From the NCBI GenBank assembly GCA_000934665.2, contig KZ538217.1:62001-98693 (forward strand): 36,693 bases of DNA, read 5' to 3'. Origin of the DNA: Catajapyx aquilonaris (taxonomy: Eukaryota). Position numbers and translations under genes: made by a program. The notes beneath the pieces are model-generated. The model saw nothing but the letters and a program-made list of their open reading frames with translations, searched no databases and had not been told where the DNA came from. This document shows, one piece after another, positions 11,878-21,840 of the stretch (position 1 is its first letter; the number at the start of each line of letters is the position of its first letter).

Positions 11878-13973
11878 ATGAGGTATTGTTGCGTCTACGG
11901 CTGCAAGAGCGACAGCAGGCGCTTCGAGAAGGGCGTGCCCCAAGGAATCACCTTCCATAGGTATAAAAGCCTCTCTAAGGAGAGCTTCATTCCAGTGGCT
12001 TATCATTTGACTCTAAATAATATCATCACAGGTTCCCCAAGAATGAGAAGATACGAAAAATGTGGGTTGAGAAGCTGAGGTGGAAGAACTGGCAGCCGTC
12101 CAACACCTCCCTGGTGTGTTCGGAACACTTTGCGGAGAGTGACATGGACAGGATGTCCCAGTCCCTGGTCAGGGTGCGGGAAGGTGCGGTACCCACAATT
12201 TTCAAGGGTTTCCCTGCTCACCTGCAGAAGACCGAGAAGAAGAGGAAGCCGCCCAAGTACAGGGAGCCGCCTCCTCTGCCCCCAATTTGTCGGGTGAAAT
12301 CGGTCGAGTCTTGTTCAGAGCAGCGCTACCGGGAACTCCCAGATAATTCCGTAAGCGTTATCTTCATGCGAAAGGCAAAGTTTGTCGGTTCGTCCGGTTT
12401 CATACCCATTTCGTAGTGATTTCATACCCATTTTGTACCATATTGGACACAAGACGGACACGAAATGGGTACGGATGGGACCATGGCAACAGGTTTTCAT
12501 GGTAGCGTCGATACAATACCATGGCAACAATGACGTCTACATATCTGTAAGACAAAGTGTGTTCGCTTGTTTGTCCATGGCAACAATCATGTCTACCTCT
12601 CCGATTCACGTAAGTCCGAACCTTTTTAGATATCCATACGCTCTAAAGTAGTGCCCCCCATGCCGGGGCCTACCGCTCCTCACTGCAAAATGTGGAGTTC
12701 GTGTAGCGCTGCAGCTACCGCATGGGCTGCCCATGATAATTAGGCATTCGAATTACATGTACCAGCAATGTTTCTTCGAGAAAGCCAGCGAAACCGGGGA
12801 CTAATTTTGCGGCGGGTCACCCCCTCGGGCGTATGTATATCCAAAAAGGTTCGGACTTATGTGAATCAGAGAGTATCTATAAGACAAAGTTTGTTTGCTT
12901 GTTTGTCCACGGCAACAATGGCATCTACATATTATGTACACATGAGGTAAAGTTTGCTTCTTTGTTCATGGCAATGGATCTCCCAACAACAGTGACATTC
13001 AATGCCATATCACTGGTGCCAACAATGATTTGTTTTTTGTTGTTGACCACCATGGAAACAGGCTGCACTGCTAATGCTGTAATGTTAAAGAGTATCTTCT
13101 AATCCTTTGGGTATAATAATTACAGGCTACTGCGACAACAAGTGCAAGTCCCCATATGGAAGCGGCAGCCTCTTCATCGGAGAACGTGGGTGTCGTCCGT
13201 CCAGATAATCCTCAGAAAGGAGCCACGACTAGCTCCAGTCAGCTATCGGTTTCTTACAGTAGCATCAGGTGTTCGATGCCACCAATCCGGGTTCAGAAAG
13301 TCAATCTAAACCCATCGTTATCCAAGAACACGCAGCCCAATCCCCTGCCTGTGATAACGTCTGTTGGAAGCCAGCAAGTGAGCCACCCAAATGAACAGGC
13401 GTCAACTGAAGTGGTGCCGCCTACAGTGTGGGAGTTGCATATGCAGAAGCAACTGGAGGAACTGCAGGAGGTGGTGAAATCGAAAAGTGGCGAAGTGAAG
13501 GTTTTGTTTCAGAACAGGCGGAGGTTGACAGATAGGAACCGAAGGCTTGGAAATGCCATCAGTGGGCTGCAGAAGCGCATTGCGTTTGTCGAGAATGTGT
13601 CGGAAAGTGGTGCAAGCCAGGAGGATGACGCACAGCCGGAAGAAGCCAGTGTCGAAATGAGCCACCTTGAACTGCTCAGCGCTCCTTTAGGACTGAGCTA
13701 CACGATGGCAATCCGGAGAAGAGAGTCAACGTTGAAGCACCAAGTCGAAGAAGCACAACGCAAATTACTGACGAGTGTTAAGAAGGTGAGAAACAAACAG
13801 ACTAGAGACTGAACAGGCAAACTCTGAAACAATTCTAATTCCAGATAAAGGAGCTGGAGCTGGAGAAGCTGAAGTTGTCACAGCGTACCGCCAGCTTGAA
13901 GTGTCTCCTGGACCTCCTGAAGAAAGACGAGTCCCTTCAGGGCGACGACATGCTCGTAGTGGAAAGAGAGCAG
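11878..13973 (+). CDS. THAP + two coiled coils protein. Exons 11878-11960, 12032-12350, 13126-13785, 13845-13973; last exon uncertain (read-through stop near 14014, or an exon at 14782-14853)
   Basis: MRYCCVYGCKS...TFHR|FPKNE...W...VCSEHF...VREGAVPTIF; heptad-rich segments in the last two exons; in-frame GT-AG junctions. Confidence 0.82.
12596..12873. mobile_element. MITE with TA flanks (Tc1/mariner-like)
   Basis: ctctccgattcacgtaagtccgaacctttttagatat ... atatccaaaaaggttcggacttatgtgaatcagagag, about 45-bp inverted termini bounded by TA. Confidence 0.8.
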
Positions 13974-14225
13974 GTATGGCCTCAGTTGCCTCAGCTCCTA
14001 TGTAGAATTGGCTAGGTGTGACTTTGTCTCGCATTGGCTCATCACGTAGGTACAATCTGTCACAAAAAAGTATTGGCCACTTTTGCCCACATTTTCCGTT
14101 CAGTTCGGCCGAAAGATTTTGACAGATAGTAGATGTAGTTACCATGTGGAGTGGGAGTAGGAAGTGTGCCGTCCGGTTGTGGCATTTTCCACTATCGGTA
14201 CGGTCAATGTGGGGGGGCGAGCCAG

Positions 14226-14674
14226 GCAGTGTTGCCCAATTTTTAGTTCACTAGTAGTGAAACTAATCAGCTGCTAGTATGTGTGGGCCAAATAGACATC
14301 TCTGTGTTTACACTGGGCCGTATTCAGAGTCAACAACAAGAAGTTAGTACAGTGCTTTAAACCACGTGACCCAGTTCACTAAGAAAATTCGCATTCAGAG
14401 TCGCGCTTTAGGCCTAGTACGGACTTAGTGCGATCCTGATAAAGATCGTGGCAACACCGCGTCTCGCTAGTACAGTGTTCGAACCTAGTGCACCGCTCAA
14501 AGCAGGCAGTGAGGCGACTCTGAATGGGAGCAACTAGTCTGGCGCTAATGCGAACCTAGCGGCGCACTAGTTAGAGTTGACTTTTGCGCTGCATTAGCGA
14601 ACGACTCTGAATACGGCCCACTGGCATTTTCAACAAAGTCGACTGATGGCATTGGCAAAATTTGGCAACACTGC
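14226..14674. mobile_element. Non-autonomous DNA element hosting a nested MITE
   Basis: gcagtgttgcccaattt ... aaatttggcaacactgc, flanked by CCAG on both sides. Confidence 0.6.
14315..14619. mobile_element. MITE with perfect 17-bp terminal inverted repeat
   Basis: gggccgtattcagagtc ... gactctgaatacggccc, flanked by ACT/ACT; an internal cattcagagtcgc / gcgactctgaatg pair. Confidence 0.82.
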
Positions 14675-14938
14675 CCAGCCCTCCCTCCACCACTTGGATG
14701 TAGCCACTACCATTTGGCGAACCTTCTCTCCCTCTCCGGACATTGCTTCCATACCACATGGTAATAACTACATGCACCTAGGTGATGAGTGAACCCATGT
14801 ATAGGGACAGAGTCACGTCTAGCCAATTTTTCATACATCATAATTATATATAATAAGCGGTTACGTCCTAGACAACCTAAAAATCTGCAAAAAAAATGAA
14901 CGCCCAATTCAGTGGTTTTTAATGTACTCTAAGTACAT

Positions 14939-15040
14939 GGCTGGAATGTTAGTCCCACTGCTAACTTAGCAGTACCAGAGTTGGTAGTGGCACTGCTAAG
15001 TTAGCAGCTGGTTAGCAAGCAGTGGGACGAAAATGCTGCC
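14939..15040. mobile_element. Short palindromic element (family 2), uninterrupted copy
   Basis: gtcccactgctaacttagcagt ... actgctaagttagcag...cagtgggac; homologous to 16021-16516. Confidence 0.65.
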
Positions 15041-15086
15041 TATGGATTATTTCAATATCAACTGTCGGATCCAAGGCTGGGTCCAA

Positions 15087-15390
15087 TGCGCATGCGTGAT
15101 TCGGGCTCTGTAAGCAAAGTTGGAGCCTCATATTGCCATTGCGCATGCGTTCCATGCCCTACCCTAGTCAATTATCAACAATCGACTGATTTGGTAACAA
15201 TGCGCATGCGTGCTTCCGTCTTTCTGTGGTAAACAGCCTCTTGTGGACGCATGCGCATTGTGCACAAATGCGTGACGCTGCAATCTGCCGTGACCGTTTG
15301 CTCCGGTAATTTTCAACATCAACTGCCCGGTGTTATTGCGCATGCGTGCTTCCCTCAGTGTAGACTCAACTCCTTGCAACTGCGCATGCG
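15087..15390. promoter_or_regulatory. Array of six TGCGCATGCG (NRF1/Erect-wing-type) motifs
   Basis: Copies at 15087, 15140, 15201, 15248 (reverse), 15337 and 15381, upstream of CGCCATCTT (15450) and ATG 15655. Confidence 0.6.
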
Positions 15391-15654
15391 TGCGATGCTC
15401 GATAGTGTGAGGCTGCAATTTTCCCGTGACGTAATGTAAGGTTGCCCGGCGCCATCTTGTCTCCAAAATCCTCTTCTCTCCGTGTGTTTCCGTGTCCATC
15501 CCGGATCCTGGATTGTTGTTGCTCCTCCTGGGCATAAGGCGCGTCGCAACGATGCCCATCTAGATTGCACGGGGCACTTTCCCGCCCATTTTTCGTCGGT
15601 TCCCTGAGCTTTTGAAAGGTTTAAAAAGAGGGATAATAGAGACGAGGGAAGAGG

Positions 15655-15807
15655 ATGACTGGCTGCTGTGCCAAAGGATGCACCAACAGGACGGAAAAGG
15701 GGTTCAGGCTGTTCAGGTTCCCCGCCAACAAGATGGTCAGGGAGGTCTGGCTGGCCAGCGTCAAGAGGGGGGACAACTGGAACCCTGCTCATCCCTGCCT
15801 CTGTGAG
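15655..15807 (+). CDS. Gene B alternative first coding exon B1: N-terminal half of a THAP domain, predicted to splice to 18562
   Basis: MTGCCAKGCTNRTEKGFRLFRFP...W...CLCE then donor gag|gtgagg, phase 0. I found no xHF-encoding exon before 18562. Confidence 0.78.
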
Positions 15808-16020
15808 GTGAGGGAACGCCACGAGAGAAGGAAAGAAGGACTGGGTCGTACACTTGCAATGGGTCCTTTGCCAACCACTTGAACCGCCTGTTGCAGGCCT
15901 ATCTGCAGCAGCGTACCATTGAATAATTATTAGTCGAGGAAATGGGATGCTTCTGGTGGTTGGCATGTTACGTTGTTATGAGGACTAACAATGATGTTGG
16001 TGGGCATATCCAGAGTGTTT

Positions 16021-16516
16021 GGATGGAATTTTCATCCCACTGCTAACTTAGCCAACACTGGTACAGTGCTGGACAAATTAGCCGTCGCTGAATGTTTTTT
16101 TTCCGTCGGCGACGGCGCTGCGTTACCTGGCAACTCCATCCGGCGGGCCAATTCAAACATCGGCACATGGAGAGCGCTTCCATTGTTGCCACTGTTTACA
16201 AATCGAGTGAGAGACGCAGACGACCCAGCGACGGGTCTCTTCTGCCTGCTTACACAGTATCTGCAGGGATATGCAGGAGAAACCGGGGAAATCAATGATG
16301 TTAGAAGCAATAAGTCATTTAGGGGTCACTCACTCGATTTGTAAACAGTGGCAACAATGGAAGCGCTCTCCATGGGCTGATGTTTGAATTGGCCTGCCGG
16401 GCAGGGTTGCCAGGTAACTCCGCCGCTGCCGGAAAAAAACATTCAGCGACGGCTAATATGTCCAGCACTGTACTGCTATGTTGGCAGTAACTGGCAGTGG
16501 GAAGAAAATTCTACAC
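16021..16516. mobile_element. Family 2 element interrupted by a long-TIR MITE
   Basis: ggaattttcatcccactgctaacttag ... gcagtgggaagaaaattc; same termini as 14939-15040. Confidence 0.65.
16064..16470. mobile_element. MITE with ~150-bp inverted termini and TA duplication (Tc1/mariner-like)
   Basis: TA|cagtgctggaca...atggagagcgcttccattgttgccactgtttacaaatcgagtgag is mirrored at the right end ...tgtccagcactg|TA. Confidence 0.9.
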
Positions 16517-16531
16517 TTTGTTTTTTAAGAC

Positions 16532-16686
16532 TGCATCCGGAAGGTCGGCCGTCCCACGGAAAAAAAGCCGTATCTGCAAAACCGTTAAGAGTCGACTTGC
16601 CAGTGCTCGAGAGCGGGAAAGTCAACTCTAACAGTTTTTCCGATATGGCTTTTTTTCGTGCGACGTCAGAGGTGTTCTCGGGATGC
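16532..16686. mobile_element. Degenerate inverted-repeat element
   Basis: gcatccgga...cacggaaaaaaagccgtatc...agagtcgactt versus aagtcaactct...gatatggctttttttcgtg...cgggatgc. Confidence 0.55.
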
Positions 16687-16706
16687 TCAGCAACTGCATA
16701 TTTTAA

Positions 16707-17179
16707 AGCTGCGTTTACATGTGAGCGATTGGACGACTGGTAGCATCACTGACTGTGAGTAAAGGCCATTTCACAAAAAAATGTTGCGCGGCAAATTTTT
16801 TATTTATATTTATTGTTGCCAATAATTAATAACAATTGGCGGGGCAGGCGTTTGCTGCTTGCCGCTGCCGCAAAATCTTTTTGTGAAATGGCCTTAACCC
16901 AAGTAACCAGTATTGTGTGAGGTGAAAATGGATTGTTACTTTCATCTCAATATTGGTTACTTGAAGCTGCATTTACATGTGAGCGATTTCACTAGCGAAA
17001 TCATCGCCAAGCGGTAACATTTCCAAGTAACCAGTATTGTTTGAGGCAAAAACTGTTACTTTCACCTCAAACAATATTGGTTACTTCTCTCGGTGGAGAC
17101 TTCGCTTGTCAAATCGCTCACATGTAAATGCACCTTCACTTGGCTTTGCTTGTCAAATTGCTCACATGTAAACGCGGCT
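16707..17179. mobile_element. MITE family 1 copy containing two nested MITEs (16763-16894 and 16965-17135)
   Basis: Outer: TAA|agctgcgtttacatgtgagc...gctcacatgtaaacgcggct|TAA. Inner 1: TAA|aggccatttcacaaaa...ttttgtgaaatggcct|TAA. Inner 2: agctgcatttacatgtgagcgattt...aaatcgctcacatgtaaatgcacct. Confidence 0.85.
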
Positions 17180-17944
17180 TAAAGGAGGGTAAACAACCGT
17201 AATTGAGAAGGCACTTAAATACAACTAAGCATCATAAATGTGTTAAACCACCAGTCTGGTAAAGAACTACATTGCACTGTAGCTTATCCGTACATCGCCG
17301 AAAACATAAGTGAGAATTGAATGTACGGGGAAAAAATGTGTTGCAAACAAAAGAAATAACATACTTTTATTATACAGAAGAAATATTAAAAATTAATGAA
17401 AAGTTTTATTATCTTCATTAAATGGTCATACGAGACGGCTAGGCGTACAGACTAGTCGTCGCTGGCTACCCCATTTCTGGGAGTATGCCGTGATGTAATG
17501 AATCAAAGAATTAAACCTTAGTTAAAGCAGCATACACTGTGTACTCAGAGTACATTAAAAACCTCTGAATAGTTCATTTTTAGATTGTCGAGGACCATTT
17601 TTGGATAATCCGCGTTTTCCGATTATTCAGGTGCGCCTGTGCGTTCATTAGCACCAATAATAATCGGAAGTACTGTGTATGTAGAAGTTGGTACGAGACG
17701 TTCCTTTTCAATTGCCCATCTCCTCAATGTGAATAGTAATGCTTGGCTGTTACTAAAACTACGTGAAGATTCAGCTGCGTAATAAGTGTCTGATGAAAGG
17801 TGAAGGAAATGTGTGGGCACGCTGGGCTCACGTGAAAAGTGCTGAGGCATGCAGTTGATACCAGAAATTTTGTTTGCCCATCTTAGGCGTGAATTCTAAC
17901 TATTGGAAAAGGAGAGAGGATACTAAGAGATACCCCCTGACAAA

Positions 17945-20900
17945 ATGCCGGGCTGTGCAGCCAGATATTGCAAGAACAACCACATGAAAGGCTTCCGCCT
18001 TTTTAAATTCCCGTCGGATCCAGTAAGGAGGCTGGAATGGGCTAAAGTGATTGGCAGGGAGCCCCGACCCAATTCATCTCTTTGTGAGGTATGGCCCCCT
18101 TGCAATCATTCAACCCAAAATAATTTATAAAAAAAAGACACTTTTATCTCAATTTGTTCCAAGATCTTGTGTGCCTCTTCACCATTAGGCCGTGTTTACA
18201 TGCGATCGATTTGATCTGCGGGGAAATCAATTTTTTGGGAGAAATCGATTGTTACTTTTGCTCCAAACCATTCGACACTCAGCAAATCGCTCACATGTAA
18301 ACGCGGGTTTTATACTGCTTGATGCAAAAGACACTGTCTGTACTTTTATTTTTTGTTCAGTTAATCCAACTGTGGTAGCAACCTTGCACTCATTTTGAAC
18401 TTTGTTCGCTATTAGTACTTTAGTAGTTTTTTTTTTCTTTCCATTATCACAGAAAGAATGGCAAGAAATGGGTGTGGCCTGGTTGCGGTAGTAGCGACGC
18501 TGCACTGTTACACTCGAGACAACTTTCAGATTTATTTACCAGACGTATTGTTCCTCCGCAGGTGCACTTCGATGAGTCCCAGTACGAGAGTCATCGCAAA
18601 GATGGATGGAGGAAGCTGAAGCCCAATGCCGTTCCCACCATCTTCAACATCCCCGAGCCCCCGAAGCCATCCAAGCCCCTGAAGGCTGATGTTGCCAAGA
18701 CCCCCCGTGCACAGAAGCCCGGCAAGGGTGGCAACAAGACACCTGTCCTGCCACCGTACAAGAAGAGGGCCACCTGCAAGAAGGAAGTGGTGGAGGAGCC
18801 TGAGGCTGACGAGGCTGAAGATGATGTCGGTGTGGACATGGGAGGCGACGACTCACAGTCCGATGAAGAAGGGAAGGGAAGGAGAAGCACTCAGGACAAG
18901 GAAAACATAAGGAGAAAGGTAACCTAATATATTGTCACATCAAATTTACGCTTACTTTCGCTGCATTTTTGTTTCAGACTCCGTTGAGGGCCAGGAAATT
19001 GGGGCAAGCGTCTCCACCTCCGTCCCTGCAGAAGCCGTACCAGTTGAGGCGACTTGCCATGAAAAAGGAGGCTGTTGCTGACGACACGTTTGAGGACACT
19101 CCGGAGCTAGTTGAGAAGTCGTTGACTCGCAGAAAGTCCTGCATGGGGACCGCTGACGGGAAGGTGAAGTGTCCGCTCTGTTGCGGGGAAGCTCTTGTGT
19201 CGCTCCGTGCCCTCAAGTCCCACTTGGAGTGGGTCATGGGTCATCTCCAGTGCCCGGTCTGCAAGGACAGATTCACCAGCCTGAAGGGCATGGTGGGTCA
19301 CCTGGAGAGGCATCTTATGGACAGGGAAGACGCACAGAGCGACGAAGAGGGTCAGGACGACCCTGGAGAGACGGCGGTTGATGAAGTGGACGAGGACGGG
19401 GAGGAAATCACGCCAGATATTCATGTACGTCACATGCGTCTTGCTGCCCTATACTACTCGAGTTGATAGTAAACATTTTGGAGTAGCGTTTACATGTGAG
19501 CAATTTGCTTGAGCAATTGTTTGAGGGTGACAATCGAGTGTTACTTTTGTACCAAACAGTTGGTTTCATCGCTGAGCGAATCGCTCGCATGTAAACGCGG
19601 CCTAAGACTGAATTTTTAAATTTTGAATAGTGCGAATTTGGGCTGCAGGTTGTACAGTATGTGTTTTCTGGACGAGGCGTAATTTTAGTTTTTTTTATAT
19701 ATTTTTAGCCCGAACGTGAGATTGATCCGAAGCGGTTGAATTTAACGGAAGAAGCTGCTGAAGAGGATCCTTTAGGAGTCCGGACTGACGTACGAAACTG
19801 TTTTTCACTATTGTTATGCCTTCTCATTAGCGCCAGTTCTTGATTGTCGATGGTTTTGCAAATTGTACGCTTGCATAGTAACGGAAGGAATCTTTCAGGA
19901 CCCGGACGACGCGTCAAAGGTACCCCACGATCACAACTATTTCAACAAGAAAACCAAGACAACATCTGTCACCACGGTTTTACCCGAATGTCCTCCCAGC
20001 TCCTCCCAGATGGTTGTCCCGGTGGCCCCTTCGGACGTCATCCCCACCACCTCCCTGGCCCCAGTGCTGGAGAAGCCCCTCCAGTTCAAGATCGAGGCGA
20101 AGGCCAACGGGGAGATGGAAGCCACCACGACGGACCCTGCCGCACTGCAGCTCCCGCAAGAGGTCCTCCAGTTCATCCTCAACAACGACCAGATGAAGGA
20201 CAGGGCTGGGAACACGCCGCAGGTCACCTGGTGCGTGGTGCAGGACAAGAGGTCGGCGGACGCTGGAAAACCTCCAGTCTTGCCAGATGAAGTGGAGTTC
20301 CACAAGCACTTTCCCAAGAGGTGAGTAGTTTCATAATTGCGATGGAGCTTCATGTCAACTTGTCCTTTTGTTTGTTCCAGACGTGCCAAGTCGCAAGGCC
20401 AGTTTCGTTGCAACCGATGTCGGCGTGTGTTCCGCCATCCCGAGAGCCTCGAGCAGCATCAGGCGGAGCATGCGGAACAAATGTCAGTTTGCGAGAAGTG
20501 CGGTGAGATGCGGCCGTCTTTGCACGAGCTTAAAGTTCACATGCGTTCGCATCGCCGCAAGTCCTACATGCGCCAGTGCCCTCTCTGCGAGAAGGTCGTG
20601 TCCCAGCCCAAGTTCAAGGCCCATCTGGTCACTCACCGCGAGCCGCAGTACCAGTGCACGTTATGCAGCAAGCGGTTCTTCTTCGAGAGGATGCTCCTGA
20701 GGCACTCCTGGAGGCACACGGGGGTCAAACCCCACTTGTGCGACGTATGCGGAAACAGCTACTCATCGACAGAGCAGCTCAGAAAGCATTCGCTGAAACA
20801 CGCAAGCACTCAGTTTGGGCAGTGCGAGATTTGTGGGATGCGATTTGGAAGCACACATCACAAGAAGGTATTGTTTCGTTGCGGCAACTTAGTTTTTTTC

Positions 20901-21840
20901 TTGAGGTCTTTCACTCAGCAATGGAGCGGCCCTTTAACATGTGACTGAAATTTCGCAGGTTCATAGCACGTGGCATGCATCACAAGAGCGCCGCCGCTTC
21001 CGCTGCACGTCTTGTTCGGTGGACGGGATGTCGCTGCAAGAGTATCGCCAGCACAACGAGGCCAATCACGGAGGATCCCCGCAGTTCGAGTGCGACATCT
21101 GCCAGCGTGTCTTTAAAAGCGCGGGCTCCTTATACGGCCACAAGAAGTCGCGACACGTCAGCCCCATTTATTGCCCGATCTGCGGGCGATTCTTCTCGGC
21201 AAAGTCGTACCTCAGTGCCCATCTCGAGGCTCACAGGACTGGAAAGGCCAGGTTAGTTTGGGATAGGATTAATTGAGGTCCAATTAATTTACACGCTTTT
21301 CCTGTCTCCAGGTATGTGTGCCCCGATTGCGGTTTTGCGTATTCCGGCGTCTGCGCTGTCAAGACGCATCGGCTGAACCACCACCACTACACCCACCACC
21401 ACCATGGCGCTGGGAGTAGTGGTCGAGGCACCCTTGGGGAGGGGAAGAGACGGAAGAAGAAGGCTGACGGCAACAAAGGAGCGGCTGCGGAGAGGCAGAG
21501 CTACGAGATGGTTCCTGCGAGTGACTATCAAGTGACTATGGAGCACGGCTACCAGGACCAAGGTGGAATGGTGGAGGTGTCCACAGGCGGCACGGTCGTC
21601 CCCATCCCTCTTCACGAGCTGCACATGCACGGGCTCACCCTCCAAGCGCACCCACTGCAGGAGTTGGAGGTGCACGACATGCAGGTGGAAGCCGCGATGC
21701 AGGAAATGCAGATGCAGGTCATGCAACAGCAGCAACAACAGCAGCACCATCCGGAAGTGGAATATGTCGAATACGAACAGGTGAATCTGAAGGAGGAAGC
21801 CGACGTGAGTCAATACATCGTCGTGCAAGAAATGGAGTGA
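17945..21840 (+). CDS. Gene B (paralog of A): THAP + CPLCC + HCF-binding motif + C2H2 array + His/Gln-rich tail. Exons 17945-18088 (B2; or B1), 18562-18918, 18978-19424, 19709-19789, 19899-20320, 20381-20867, 20959-21251, 21312-21840
   Basis: MPGCAARYC...W...LCE|VHF...LKPNAVPTIF; CPLCC; DHNY at 19929-19940; fingers collinear with gene A; intron positions largely shared with A. Confidence 0.9.
18188..18308. mobile_element. MITE family 1 copy (intronic)
   Basis: ggccgtgtttacatgcgatcgattt ... aaatcgctcacatgtaaacgcgg. Confidence 0.75.
19483..19602. mobile_element. MITE family 1 copy (intronic)
   Basis: gcgtttacatgtgagcaattt ... aatcgctcgcatgtaaacgcggcc|taa. Confidence 0.75.

Noticed and set aside
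15087..15390. CRISPR-like repeat/spacer array
   Set aside because: The repeat is only 10 nt, spacing is irregular, one copy is inverted, the context is eukaryotic and there are no cas genes.
15991..16743. ORFs of 92-119 aa in the B1 intron
   Set aside because: They lie across MITE inverted repeats and show no recognisable domain.
17600..17673. Mariner/Tigger-like terminus remnant (ataatcggaagtactg)
   Set aside because: Only one end is recognisable and there is no TSD; too degraded to call.
6287..18562. Gene A exon 1 splicing to gene B exon 18562
   Set aside because: Phase-compatible (LCD|), but 12 kb and several polyA signals intervene and there is no positive evidence.
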